Source: Octopus vulgaris
Lineage: Eukaryota
Direction of reading: 5' to 3'
NCBI GenBank assembly: GCA_951406725.2
Contig: OX597814.1
Span: 200,818,001-200,882,000, forward strand
Length of the DNA stretch: 64,000 nucleotides
Position 1 is the first letter of the stretch. Each line of letters begins with the position of its first letter. A program made the position numbers and the translations under genes. The notes beneath the pieces were generated by a model. That model did no database searches and was not told the origin of the DNA. It saw nothing but the letters and a program-made list of their open reading frames with translations. Below are positions 37,690-51,284 of the stretch, one piece after another.

Positions 37690-38110
37690 CCACCAATTAT
37701 ATTCTTTTTTAACTCTGCACCACATAATTTTTTAACCTCAATATTTCCACTCCTAACAGTGTCTTCTCCATTTAGTAATGCTCTGCCTCTTTCCTTTCTT
37801 GGCAGGTAGATTCTGCTGGTATTACTTTTAGGATGGCATACATTGTCCATTGTGAGCTTCTATCCAAATTCTGTAGCTTGAACTTTGTCCATTTTTGAAA
37901 GAGTATCTTAATACTGGGTATCCTAATACTGTCATAGGCCATGTATTTATTACTTTAATGATATTTCTTCCATTTAATTTTGTTTCAATGGCCTTTGTAA
38001 TTCTTCTCTTGTACTCTTTAGAGATTTTCTCTCTGATTTCTCTTTCTCTTATCCTATCACGTTGCAGCCCTGCAGCCCCCATAGGTATTTATATCACTCA
38101 TTATTCTATA
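37690..38110 (-). mobile_element. R4/Dong-type LINE RT C-terminal fragment, decayed
   Basis: KEYKRRITKAIETKLNGRNIIKVINTW and HPKSNTSRIYLPRKERGRAL motifs. Confidence 0.8.
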
Positions 38111-38163
38111 GTAATCTAATGATAATGTCATGTGGTAATTTTATGCCATTATACCATCAGAGT

Positions 38164-38353
38164 TTCTTCTTCTTCTTCTTCTTCTTCTTCTCCTTCTCCT
38201 TCTTCTTCTTCTTCTTCTTCTCCTCGTCATCATCGTTGTTGTTGTCATTATCGTCGTCATCATCATCCTCATCATTGTCGTCATCCTCCTCCTCCTCCTC
38301 ATTGTCATCGTCACCATCATCATCATCATCATCATCATCATCACAATCATCAC

Positions 38354-38393
<40 letters not shown>

Positions 38394-39133
38394 GTCGTCG
38401 TCGTTGTCGTCATCGTCATCACTATTGTTATTATAGAGTGAGAGAGCGATGCATGCCGTTAAAGTGACACAGGGGTACAAATATACAAAGCCCAATATAT
38501 CTGTCACGACTACCTGTCTAATAAGGGGACACTAGGCACATGCATCCCAACCATATGTGCACAACAGGGTGATCTCAGGTGGTGCCCAGTTAGAATTTTT
38601 TTCTTCAGGTCTAGTAGCTGATCCTGCCAAAAGATCCTTGAGTGAGGGTTGTTTAAGGATGATGAACAAAACACCAATGTTTCCAGAGGTGAGTTATTCA
38701 AACCCCCAAAAATTCCTCTCAACAAATGGCTGTGATGCTCCAAACTATTATTATTATTATTATTATTATTGCTGTTGTTGTTGTTGTTAATGTTGTTGTT
38801 GTTATCAAGGTAGCAAAATGATGGAACATTGTATATAAAATACTGAGTGGCATTTCTTCCAGCTATTTACATCCTGAGTTCAAATTCTGCTGAGGAATAA
38901 TTGTGTCTTCTTGGTCTTCCACAGCCTCCTCAGCTCTCTGGTTAGATTTTGGTATATCTCAATTTAAAAAAATTTCTATGGTATTGCTTCTTCTTCTTCT
39001 TCTTCTTCTTCTTCTTCTTCTTCTTCTTCTTCTTCTTCTTCTTCTTCTTCTTCTTCTTCTTCTTCTTCTTCTTCTTCTTCTTCTTCTTCTTCTTCTTCTT
39101 CTTCTTCTTCTTCTTCTTCTTCTTCTTCTTCTT

Positions 39134-39166
<33 letters not shown>

Positions 39167-39365
39167 ATTGTTATTATTATTATTATTATTGAAGATTCTG
39201 CACAGTATCCAATATTGTGATGTAATTTGAAGATGCTGTGTGTATCAAGGATTTGTGCTTTCTGTCAAGTCACAACAAAGACCTCAGACAGACATCACTT
39301 TATGCGGTATGTATGCAATTCTAAGTCATCACCATCATCATCATCATCATCGTCTTCATCATCAC

Positions 39366-39435
<70 letters not shown>

Positions 39436-40450
39436 GTTGTCGTCGTCGTCGTCGTCGTCGTCATCATCATCATCATCATCATCATCATTTCCAGCACCAA
39501 GTTATTAAATTATCATCATCATCGTCATCATCATTGTCATCATCATCATCATCATTGTCGTCGTCATCATCATCATCATCATTGTCATCATCACTGTCAT
39601 CATCATCATCACCATCACCACCAGCACCAGCACCAGCAGCACCACCACCACCATCATCATCATTGTCATCATCATAGTCATCATCATCACCATCGTTACG
39701 ACTATCATTATTTTCTTCCATTCTTGCATGAGTTAAAATGCTTCAGTAATAGAATATAACCATTATTACTAAACCCTTCAGGTCCCAGCTTTAGTTAGTG
39801 TCTAATTTGAAAATAAACTGATTACCATAAGTTTTGTGTTGCTATGAAAGCAGTGATGCATAGATTTAATATAATGAAGTTGAGAGTAAAACGGTCGCTA
39901 TGTGACTTGATTACATCAATGCCATGGTGCAATGCCAGATCGATTAAAATGCTTGTCATGGCTGAAAGGTTGTGTTTTCAAACTTTGTCATATTCTATTT
40001 TGTGATTGAATAAGTTATACCTTTCTGCTGCTCATTTCACTGTGTTTAGGTGAGAAAAAAAAAACAAAAACAAAAACAAAAACAAAAACAAAACAAGACA
40101 AATATATATATATATTATAAACGACAACAGTATCAACAAAAAAAAAAAAAACAGGTGTAAAACAGAAAAAAAAAAATGGAAATACCTGCTTCGGTAATGC
40201 AAATATTTGAATTTACAGTTGTTTTCTAAATATGCAAAAAAAAAAAAAAAAGATAAAAGAAAGAAAGAAAATATAGAGGAAAGAAAGAAAAAAGAACAAA
40301 AGAAAGAAAATAAGGAAAGAAAAAAGTAGAATTTGATTTGGTGCAATCTGTTTAGATTTTGAAGTTATTCTGTCTAAAACGCTTCAATTATTATTATTAT
40401 TATTATTGTTGTTGTGGTTGTTGTTATTATTGTTATTGTTGTTATTATTG

Positions 40451-40503
<53 letters not shown>

Positions 40504-40700
40504 GTTGTTGTTGCTGTTGTTGTTGTAGTTGTTATTATTATTATTATTACTATTATTATTACTGTTCTTATTATTATTACTGTTACTACTACTACTACTA
40601 CTACTACTACTACCACTACTGCTGCTGCTGCTGCAACTACTATTGTTATTATTATTATTACTTCTATTATTGTTGTTGTTGTTGTTGTTGTTATTATTAG
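38164..40700. repeat. Cluster of long trinucleotide microsatellites (CTT, CAT/CGT, TTA/TTG/CTA)
   Basis: Tracts at 38164-38430, 38987-39190, 39325-39700, 40388-40698. Confidence 0.95.
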
Positions 40701-41177
40701 TTGATGTTTTTGCTGCTACCTCTGTCACTATCCACCAGTCTTGTTTTTATTGCCTGTTTCCACAGCACTACCAAGCTCAGCTCTGTGTGTCATGTGAATG
40801 TGAAGTGCTTGCTATTGTCTCTGTTATTATTGCTGTATTGAAAGTGTTTTATGTAATCCATTCATGGTACCTAACGGGGCTATTTTTTCTATATGTTATG
40901 CATATTTGTAAGTCCTGGGGTTTTGGTTAAGCATTTTCGTCTTCATATTCTTTTTGTCCTACTCACAGCACTTAATATCAGAAAAGTTATTTCTGCTTTA
41001 AGGCCCTGCATTCAAGTTGAGTAAGGGTTTTAATGGAATTGTTCTCCTGCCCAGTACTTAAAGGCTACTTTATTATAACCATAGGCATGCGGTCCATGGA
41101 AGCAAAAGAAACAATGCTTCCCTTAAAAATTATAGAAACAAAATTGAAACTATATATTTCATAATAGCATTCTAATA

Positions 41178-41402
41178 CTCTCTTTTACTCTTTTACTCTT
41201 TTACTTGTTTCGGTCATTTGACTGTGGCCATGCTGGAGCACCGCCTTTAGTTGAGCAAATCGAACCTGGGACTTATTCTTTGTAAGCCCAGTACTTATTC
41301 TATCAGTCTCTTTTGCCAAACTGCTAAGTGACGGGGACGTAAACACACCAGCATCGGTTGTCAAGCAATGCTAGGGGGACAAACACAGACATACAAACAC
41401 AT

Positions 41403-41435
<33 letters not shown>

Positions 41436-41608
41436 CATACATATATACGATGGGCTTCTTTCAGTTTCCGTCTACCAAATCCACTCACAAGGCATTGGTC
41501 GGCCCGGGGCTATAGCAGAAGACACTTGCCCAAGATGCCACATAGTGGGACTGAACCCAGAACCATGTGGTTAGTTAGCAAGCTACTTATCACACAGCCA
41601 CTCCTGTG
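41178..41608 (-). mobile_element. SINE family A, full length
   Basis: Homology to other copies. Confidence 0.9.
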
Positions 41609-42128
41609 CCTAATGTTCTGTAAAATTAATATAAACTACATGATATCATAGGCTTCAGACTTTTATTGTCAGAATTAGCATGAGATGACAAGCAGTGACA
41701 GATGACACAAAAAATGTTGCAAGGGAAGCAACACGAGCTGTTGCATCCCGTTCAGAGTAATATTTTAATATTTTTTCAATAACAATGCCACAAAGACAAT
41801 TTTATTCCAGTAAGAGCTGATAATGAATAGTTTTAGATGCTAATAAATACTTTTATGCTTAGATTAAGCTTCTGTTAATTTGCAATACCTATGATATATA
41901 TAATCTTATGTTGCTATGTAACACTTACATAGGAAAAGGGAAGCAAGTTGACATTCTGCTTCCATCACAAAAACGGTGAAAAGATAACAGGTGTGTAGTT
42001 TTCAGCATTTATTCAACTAATATTTTATACTTTTTCAAATTACAGAACACCTTTAATATAAAATATGATTTTTTTAATTTCAAAAATAGCTGTATAATAT
42101 GAAAATGTCAATTTGATTCAAATATCTA

Positions 42129-43419
42129 CGAGGGGCGTTCAATAAGTAATGCCCCTGACCCACTTCCCATTGCAGTAGAGCAACGAAACTTGGCACAGTT
42201 ATTAGTCTTTTTCTACATAGGAACCACCCAGAGTTACGCATTTCTCCCATTGTTTGATGCAGCTCTGGAGACCGTTTTTGTAGAAGACCCCAGCTTGGTC
42301 CTCCAACCACGACGTGACTTTAGAAATTAAGGCTGCATCATCTGGGAAACACTTTCCTTTCAAAAATAACTTCATGGCTGGGAAGAGGTGAAAATCAGAG
42401 GGTGCAAGGTCAGGAGAGTAGGGGGATGGGGGAGGAGTTCATAGCCGCACGCCTGTGCTTCTGATCTGGCGACAAGCGAGTTGTGGACCGGAGCGTTGTC
42501 CTGCAGGAGGAGGATGCCTTTGCTGATCTTGCCCTGCCTCTTGATTTTGATAGCTTCTCTTAATTTCCTCAAAAGTGAAGCATAATAGGCTCCTGTAATT
42601 GTGGTACCCTTTGCCAGGAAATCTGTTATCACTAATCCGTCCTGGTTCCAGAAGACTGTGAGCATGACCTTGCCAGCGGAGGGCTGCACACTTGCCTCCT
42701 TTGGAGGAGGTGAGTCACGGTGCTTCTACTGCATTGACTGGGCTTTGGTATCTGGATCATAGTGATGGACCCAGGTTTCATCCTGTGTAATCAGTCTTTT
42801 GAAAAATTTTGACTCATCTTCTTGGCACATCTCCAAATTCATCCTAGAGCACTCAACGCGTTCTTGCTTCTGGAAAGGTGTGAGCAACCTGGTAATCCAT
42901 CTGGCAGACACCTTTTACATATGCAAATGGTCATGAATGATAGTTTCCACAGACCCGGTACTAATCTTGACCTCATGGGCTATTTGGCGAATAGTTATGC
43001 ATCGATCTTCCAAAATGGCAGCCTCAACTTGACGTACAGATGCCTCATCAATGGCAGAAAGGGGCGACCAGATCTGGGAGTTGTTTCCACAGAGTTCCGA
43101 CCATGTTTGAATTCACGATGCCAGCGATTTACAAGGTCATATGATGGGGCATCATCACCATAAGTTACTTTCATTTCATCAAAAGTCTTCCGTGGTGTGC
43201 GTCCTTTCAAATACAAAAACCGGATCACTGCTCGACACTCAACTGGCTCCATTTCACACTTGACTCAGTTCAAATACCTGTAATTCAGAAACCACAATTA
43301 GTTCAGAGCTGTAATTTGCCACTTAATCTATAGAGATATAAATAAGTGCACATGCAAAATTTCAGCTAGATCAAACAACTGCAAGTGGGTCAGGGGTATT
43401 ACTTATTGAACGCCCCTCG
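42129..43419 (-). mobile_element. Full-length mariner transposon (~1.29 kb)
   Basis: 37-bp TIR CGAGGGGCGTTCAATAAGTAATGCCCCTGACCCACTT with one mismatch; TA TSD on both sides. Confidence 0.95.
42202..43252 (-). pseudogene. Mariner DD34D transposase, disrupted
   Basis: MEPVECRAVIRFL..., TQDETWVHHYDP, LLQDNAPVH, frameshifted YSPDLAPSDFHLF, ...GSYVEKD*. Confidence 0.9.
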
Positions 43420-43759
43420 TATGTGACAGAAAATTTTGGTCATTGCTTCCCCAGCCAGAAGGATCACTGCACGCCCCTGATTATAACAACCTTAGAAAGA
43501 CAAAGTGCAAAGTTGACCTCGGTAGTATTTGCACTGAGAATGAAAGGGGGAGTTTTAACTAAATATTGCATGACAATTTGTCTGATGCTTTACCTGTTCT
43601 GCCAATCCACCTCTCACCTTGCAGTTCCTGTTGATGCTTCTTTTTTTTCTTTACCTTATGACTCAATTACCAGAACAGACAATTGGAGCCTGGTGCAGCT
43701 CTCTGGCTCCTTTCCAATTGTCCAGCCCATGCCAACATGGAAAATGAACATTAACTGAT

Positions 43760-44015
43760 TATGATATTGATGATGGTGATGATGATGATGATGATGAGGA
43801 CGATGATGGTGATGATGATGATGGTGATGGAGATGATGGTGGTGGTGGTGGTGGTGGTGGTGGTGGTGGTGATGGTGGTGGTGATATTGATGATGGTGAT
43901 GATGATGATGGTGATGGAGATGATGATGGTGGTGGTGGTGGTGGTGGTGATGGTGGTGGTGATATTGATGATGATGTTGATGATGATGATGATGATGATG
44001 ATGCTAACGACGATG
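43760..44015. repeat. (GAT)n/(GGT)n compound repeat with higher-order duplication
   Basis: GATATTGATGATG block recurs three times. Confidence 0.9.
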
Positions 44016-44149
44016 ACTCACTGTAAAGATAGCCTTCTCTCATGTTTCATATTTCAGCATTACAAAACATTCTCAAAACTATATCTAAATAGTGTGGAAG
44101 AGAATTATAGTCTCTTAAAAAAATTTTTTTCCCCCTATGATTTATATTA

Positions 44150-44560
44150 TTTATTCTTTTACTTGTTTCAGTCATTTGACTGCAGCCATGCTGGAGCACC
44201 ACCTTTTAGTCGAGCAAATCGACCCCGGGACTTATTCTTTGTAAGCCCAGTACTTATTCTATCGGTCCCTTTTGCCAAACCGCTAAGTGACGGGGACGTA
44301 AACACACCAGCATCGGTTGTCAAGCGATGCTAGGGGGACAAACACAGACACACAAACACATACACACACACACATATATATATACATACATATATACGAC
44401 AGGCTTCTTTCAGTTTCCGTCTACCAAATCCACTCACAAGGCATTGGTCGGCCCGGGGCTATAGCAGAAGACACTTGCCCAAGATACCACGCAGTGGGAC
44501 TGAACCCGGAACCATGTGATTGGTTAGCTAGCTACTTACCACACAGCTACTTACCACACA
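44150..44560 (-). mobile_element. SINE family A, full length
   Basis: Homology to other copies. Confidence 0.9.
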
Positions 44561-44730
44561 GGTGAAGTTTTTGCAACGAGAATAGCTAACCTTCACTGTT
44601 CTATTAAAAATTCTATAGAACTTATGGCTAGTTTGAAAATGCTAAGAAACTAGTTGTAAGAATTCCCTACCTATATTTTTTTTGACAGCAATATTAAATG
44701 ATGGATTAAACCACAAAAATTTCCTAGTTC

Positions 44731-44895
44731 TACATTATTTACATTATTTACAATTGACAGATATTTGTCCTCATCTTGTTTGTTGTTAGCACAATGTTTT
44801 GGCTGATATACCCTCCAGCCTTGTTCAGATGTCGTGGGGAAATTTCGAACCTGGGTTCTCATTCCTAAGGTATTTTTTGATGTTATTATTATTGC

Positions 44896-44942
<47 letters not shown>

Positions 44943-45000
44943 GTTATTGTTATTGTTGTTGTTGTTGTTGTTGTTGTTATTATTATTATTATTATTATTA

Positions 45001-45050
<50 letters not shown>

Positions 45051-45178
45051 GTTCAGGTCACTGCTTGGAATCGAACTTGGAATTTTAGGGTTAGTAGCCA
45101 ATGCTCTTAACCACTACGCCATATCCGTCGAATGTAAATAATGTAAATAATTTCTCATCTCTTAAATATAGAACTGTA
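44731..45178 (-). mobile_element. HHR-bearing SINE-like element F, copy 3, with an inverted copy of its 3' end at the 5' side
   Basis: tRNA head 45050-45127, expanded (TAA/CAA)n, decayed HHR 44789-44833; 45121-45178 repeats the element 3' end on the opposite strand; CCTAGTTCTA on both flanks. Confidence 0.75.
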
Positions 45179-45254
45179 TTCCCTAGTTCTAGTTCTACGT
45201 GGTCTATTATTGCTAGAAGTAGTTTGACTATACTGGATCTTCTCTGTGGAAATG

Positions 45255-45625
45255 ACAAGGGACCAGGAGATGTGGTGATTTGCTGTACTTGATAAGATAT
45301 GTCAAGCTAAGTAAAATCACTGTCTTCCACACATACAGGTTTGTCCTTTAGGTGCTGGTGCCACTTAAAAAGCACCAGTGCTGGTGCTGCATTAATGTAT
45401 CTGTGCCGGTGCTGTATAAATGCACCTATGCCAGTGGCACATGAAAAGTACCCTGCACCTTCTGTTAAGTGGTTGGCATTAGGAAAGGCATCCTGCCATA
45501 GAAATCATGCCACAACAGACAGTTGGAGTCTGGACAATTCTCTGTGAGCCAGCTCCATGTCAAACCGTCCAATCCATACCAGCACGGAAAGCAGGCATTA
45601 AACGATGATGATGACGAGGATGATG
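45255..45625 (+). mobile_element. RTE 3' end, decayed
   Basis: DQEMW*FAVLDK then UTR and GATGAT tail. Confidence 0.65.
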
Positions 45626-46619
45626 TGGGATAAGAAATTCATTACTGAAAACGTTAAAAATTAGCAGAAGAAAGGACATAAAACACTTCAATAATGTATT
45701 CATCTAACCCATGCTGAAATGGAAGAACAGACATAAAACGTTCCACAAATTCTGCAGTGTGAAACTATTTTGTTCATTTCCAGTACACTCTGATATGTGA
45801 GAAGATGATCAGCACACTGCTGTCAGCTCTCTTTCATAATCAACACAAATCTCAACAGAAAATGATCCTCGAACACCCAAGACCGGCAGCTGTATTTCAT
45901 TAGAAACAAAAGCTGAAGCATGTTGCTGTAGATTATATAGGGAAGCTATAAATGACAGAGAAAGATAAGTGAGCATACAAATTTGCTGTTGGTCCATTGA
46001 ACATTGAGATTTCTAGGGTATAACATGAATTCTAGAACAGCATAACTGCAGTGACTGGAATAACTATCGCAAGTTGATCTGAAGCTAAACCATTTCCTAT
46101 TCTACAGACTTCATTTATCATCATTAATACTAAAAATAAGGGGCTGTGTATATTGGAGACACGTTATAAAAAGTGAAAATAGAGGGATTTAAGAACTGCA
46201 AATAATAAAATTAATCCAGATTTAATTTTCTCTTGAGTGTACTAAAAGCTCTTTGAGATACGTTACTCTGTAATTTTTAATATTGTTTTGACTTATATTA
46301 TGGATTTAAGAAAGAACAGTTATAGAATCTGTAAAAAATATTAAACCATTTGAAAACCAGAACAAATGAACTCAGAATAAATTCCATTTATTCACAGGTT
46401 CTTATTAAAGATAGCAAATTCTATTTCAGTCACAATTTCCAAACCACTTAGAAAATAATTCAAATTCCATTGGTAGAATTCCTAATAGGATTCCTATTTC
46501 CACCCATTTTCAAGACAACAAATGCAGTTATTTAAAAATCAGTTAACTTTGCCTTTCATCCTCTGAGAGTTAAGTACTGGACTTGTTAAAATTGATGTGA
46601 GGGACTTTGCTTGGTTAAA

Positions 46620-46810
46620 ATATTCTTTTCTACTCTAGGCACAAGGCCTGAAATTTTTGGGGAGGGGGCTAGTTGATTAGATCGACCCCAGTACACAACT
46701 GGTACTTAATTTATCGACCCTGGAAGGATGAAAGGCAAAGTCAACCTCGGTGGAATTTGAACTCAGAACATAAAGACATTCATGCTAACGTTTCTGCTAG
46801 CTCTCCACTT
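46620..46810 (-). mobile_element. SINE family B
   Basis: Homology to other copies. Confidence 0.8.
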
Positions 46811-47824
46811 GGTCAAAATATTAAATGAATTATTGATGGGAATTACTTCAGTTTATATTATACAACAGATAAAAGATGTGGGATATTCACTTATACTGAA
46901 AATGCCAAAGTCCTGGCACTGAATACTGAAGGAAAATTTATTATAAAACTCAACAAGTGATACTGCAATAAGATGAGAAGAAATGACATACTGTATCTCT
47001 TTATGCACCCACTGTAAAGAGCAGAATTTCCATCCATAGTCTGTAATAGTATAATAAATTAATACATGTAGTCTTGTTTATCAATGATTCATTAATCACT
47101 TATCTGAGATAGCATGGCCTGCTCAAGTAAGACCCATATTATGCTTATCATGGATTGAGCTCTGAAAGCACAAGTCAGTGATAATTCCAAGGTTCTGCTT
47201 GCACTGCAAAAGTCTACCCCAGTGACCACCCACAATGTTTTTGATCTTTTGCTTGTAGTGGAGACATCATGGTGCTCCCGCATTCCTGAAACTGCAACTT
47301 ATATTGACACAAGACATCTTATTTTGGCTTGTTTCTGGATTGTGCAAACGGTGTGGAGGGGGGGCGGTCTATGAGGTGTTGTGCAAGCCCTGTAGGACCT
47401 AAAATTTTGCACAGGCATTGCTTTGTCAATGATTCTCACACTCATCTGTTAGTTGACAGTCATCCTCTATGCAGATATGTTTTTCTTTGTGTTTTATTGA
47501 AGTTCTTCTTGACAGAGTTCAGGCCACTTGCTAACAAAGTGACTAAACTTTTTAAGTTAAAAGGTAACAAAATAAAGTTGCCATCTTGAATCATTCTGAC
47601 TTGCAAAGTCCAGTTTCCCAATTTCCATGGCATACATACTGTCCACTATATGGAACACCGGTCTATCACAAGATTACTCATTTTTGCCAGCCGAGTGGAC
47701 TGCAACAATGTGAAATGAAGTGATTTGCTCAAGAACACAACGTGTTACCCAGTCCAGGAATCGAAACCACAATCTCATGGTTATGAGTCTAACACTCTAA
47801 CCTCTAAGCTACATGCTTCCACTT

Positions 47825-48320
47825 TTGAGTAAAGAGGGTTCTCAGTGCTTGTAAATATATGATTGAGTTGTTGTGTTGGTTGAGCTGTCAATGCACACAC
47901 TGAAGAGTGTCCATCCAAAGAATCACGGATGGAGAACCTTTGGAATGTCTTACAAAACTTCACCATTCCACTAATAGATTGAATTTGGAGAATCTGTATC
48001 AGTTTCTTTTGCTCTTTCTTAAAAAAAGACCTAGTATTTCTATGTATTTCTCTTCTATTTTTTTTATTATAAATCTTCCACTGAGGAGGGAGCTGGTTTC
48101 CAACAAAGATACAAGGCATCATCTTTGGTATGTAGTTAACACAGAGAAATTCACATTTGGAACTTGAGAAAAGTCTTGCATATTTTTACTGTTCCACTCA
48201 CAGATTCGATTTGTAATATACGAATCAGCCAGTCAATTTCTCTTTCTGGAAATCCAAGTTTATCCAGATTCTCCTTTTAGCATTTACTAACAAAATCTAG
48301 TGCTCCAATTATTATTGGAT
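47825..48320 (-). mobile_element. Two tandem 3' ends of related RLE-type LINEs
   Basis: PIIIGALDFVSKC*KENLDKLGF...ILQIESVSGTVKICKTFLKF (48151-48318) and ILQIQSISGMVKFCKTFQRF (~47930-48050). Confidence 0.7.
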
Positions 48321-49445
48321 GTCTTGCAAACAACTTGCACATGCAAGTGCTACCAGTTAAAAGCTCCATATACCGGAAGCTAGCAAGTGTATGGGGTCAT
48401 CAGGAGAGAATGCGCGCCGTTTCAGGGCCTACCTCTCGACGGCATCAATACGCACCGGCCCCCCCCTCACTGATATGAGGCCCCGCTTGCTAGATCAGCT
48501 GGTTATGAAGAACTCAATATACTTCTAGCCATCGCTCATCGTCTCTTTTTAACCAAATCCAGTGGCTAGCCTTCTCCACTGTAGATTTTTGTTGTATGGT
48601 GGTATTGACTTTACGATGAGTTAAGCCTAGCGATAACAACAGTCGTCTCACACAGTGTCCAACAAACCCTCTACATCCGACTTCGATAGGAAAATGTACT
48701 GCTTTCCAGCCTGCGTCTTCACATTCCTCGAGGAGATTTTCATAATGGTTCAATTTTCGAGCCCGAGCTGCGTCCATATTATCTTCATGAGGAACCGTTA
48801 GCTCGACTATATTTACAACTTTCTTTCTTTCAAATCACATCAAAATATCTGTTTTTTTCAAAACTGGGATGGGAAAGAAAACCTGGCACCCAGGTAAATC
48901 TGCAGTTACCTCCCAATAGCCGTTCCACTTTTCATTTTTCTCAGGAAGTTTCTTGATCTTCTTCTTGAAACGTATCCGCTGACCTGGTTGCACGAAGGTA
49001 ATGAAATCTCTTGATGGTACTTTTAACGGTTTTTCCTCAGTGTTGTTGAGATGAATTTGATTCTTTATAGCATTGAAGATAACCTTAAGGACCAAGTTGT
49101 GCCTCCATGTGTACCTGTTCAATGCTAATGAACAGTTAGAAAGAATATGTTTTAGTGTACAGACCTTTCCACATTTGCAGATGTCATTCTCTAAGACGTT
49201 CCATCTTACTAGATTCGTAGGTGATGGCAAAACATCATAAGATGAACGAATCAGGAAACTCAGCCGAGGTGTCGTCCACTTCGACATCTCATCCCAACTT
49301 ATCTTCCTCTCAACAACATGTTCTTCCCATCTCGTCATCTGACCTTGATGAACACATCGGATCAAATGAAGCTCTCTTCTCTCTGCTTCTCTTGTTTTGA
49401 CGCTGTTGCTAACAACAGATCTGAATTCATAGTCTGGATATAGAA
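48320..49445 (-). mobile_element. HERO-like (R2 superfamily) RLE LINE, 5'-truncated
   Basis: LIRSSYDVLPSPTNLVRW, CCHC knuckle CKCGKVCTLKHILSNC, RYTWRHN, (P>T)DILM*...ELTVPHEDN, PIEVGCRGF; one in-frame stop at 48835-48837. Confidence 0.88.
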
Positions 49446-49496
49446 GCTATATGTATATATGTATGCATGTATGTATGTATATATGTATGTATGTAT

Positions 49497-50420
49497 TGGA
49501 CTCAGCATTAGCCTGGACAAGACTGTTGTAATGTTCCAGCCTGCACCAGGAAATCCATATATAGAACCAGCTATCTTGGTTGAAGGAACGATTCTGAAGG
49601 TAGTAGACAAGTTTGTCTACCTAGGCAGCACACTCAGCCGTTCTTGCTCCCTGGATGAGAAAATATCTTTCAGGTTGCAGAGAGCAACTAATTCCTTCCG
49701 GTCTCTTCAGTTTCGTGTCTGGTCCCAACATGGCATCGCAAGGAGAACAAAAGTTGCTGTGTACCGTGCTTGTGTACTGACATCGCTTCTCTACTATGGG
49801 CTCTGTACAAACGTCAGGTCAGGGTCCTTGAACGTTTACCTCAGAGATGTCTTAGACACATTCTCAATGTTGGCTGGACCTCAAAAATTCCAGACACACA
49901 GATCCTGAGGACAGCTGATATCTTGAGTATTGAGGCGATGGTACACAAGCACCGGTTGCGTTGGACTGGACACCTTATTAGAATGGAGAATAGAAGGATT
50001 CCTAAGCAGATGCTCTATGGAGAACTTGTGAATGGAAGGAGACTCCGGCAGAAACCAAGGCTGCGATTTAAGGACTGTGTCAAGTCCTCGTTAAAGGCCT
50101 TTGATATGCAGGACACTGACTGAGAGAACAATGCCTGTCATCGCCACAGATGGAGGAAGCAGGTTAAGGAGGGGATCGACACTTTTGAGAGAGCACGTAT
50201 CCAGCATGAAGAACTTAAGCGAGCTGCGCAAAAGTGCACGGCTTGTATAGTGAATGGGGAAAGCTTGGTCTGCAATGTTTGCAGTCGTGTATGCTTGTCA
50301 AGAGCAGGGCTCATTAGCCACCAACGGAGCTGCAAATGCAAAATATAAGTTAGTCCTAGAGCACACAATGTTCCTGAAGGTCGGCAATGGTCTTCCTCGA
50401 TCACGAGTGGACGGCCATCA
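49497..50420 (+). mobile_element. RTE-BovB-like LINE, 5'-truncated, within (TATG)n
   Basis: GLSISLDKTVVMFQPAPG...FVYLGSTLS...RLRWTGHLIRM..RIPKQMLYGEL...RFKD, C-terminal C2H2-like [21 protein letters not shown]; frameshift and stop. Confidence 0.92.
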
Positions 50421-51284
50421 TGTATGTATGTATGTATGTATTTATGTATGTATGTATGTATGTATGTATGTATGTATGTATGTATGTATGTATGTATGTA
50501 TGTATGTACGTGAAAAGCTAAATATGTTTTTGCGAGTATTCTCTTCAAATGTTATTTAGAAGAAAAGAAAACCATATTTAATATTCATCTTCTTGTATTG
50601 TAGTACATGTCAGACGTAGCAATTAATAAAATTCTTCTTACTAATGCAAACAGTACTAGCATATTTTTTTTCTTGGTAATTTTCTCCAGTAATTTACAAT
50701 CAATAACTGTTATATTTCAGTTACTAAAGTTCAGATGTATAAAGTTTAATAGTTGAATTATTGTTTTGATTATCTTACGGAATATAATGTTAATCACTAG
50801 CATCATTCAAATTACAATTATTATCATCACTACTAGCCTCGAGTTAAACAACAAAACCACTCTCTTTTCCCCTTTCCTCAATCTCGCATGAAGAACAAGG
50901 GCCAAAATGTTTAGATTCTTCATCCTTCACCTCAAATGAATCTATCAATTTCTTCTATCAAACTCTCCAATTAAACTATAGACAGGCACTGGCACTGAAA
51001 AATTGGGCCAATATTTCATCATCATCATCATCACCATCGACTAAAGGTGGTTCTCCATCATGGCATCAGCCAAATGACTGAAACAAATAAAAGAATAAAA
51101 GAATATGTGCAGTCCAAATTAAAACCTAAATTGAAAGATTAGAGATAATTTTAAATAATTTGCTACTATTTCTAAGACCACTGGTGAAAGAAAACGAGAC
51201 GACTTCCATGTAATGTTTTAGTGGGTTGTTATACAGATTTCTAGTTTCTCACTGCATATTGGTGAGCTAGTAGTGTAGTGTATA

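Noticed and set aside
38062-40930. Poly-S/H/D/N/L ORFs
   Set aside because: Trinucleotide microsatellites, open in most frames, with no splice or domain evidence
45809-45997. Possible minus-strand terminal exon with a good acceptor
   Set aside because: No partner exons or homology; cannot be distinguished from chance
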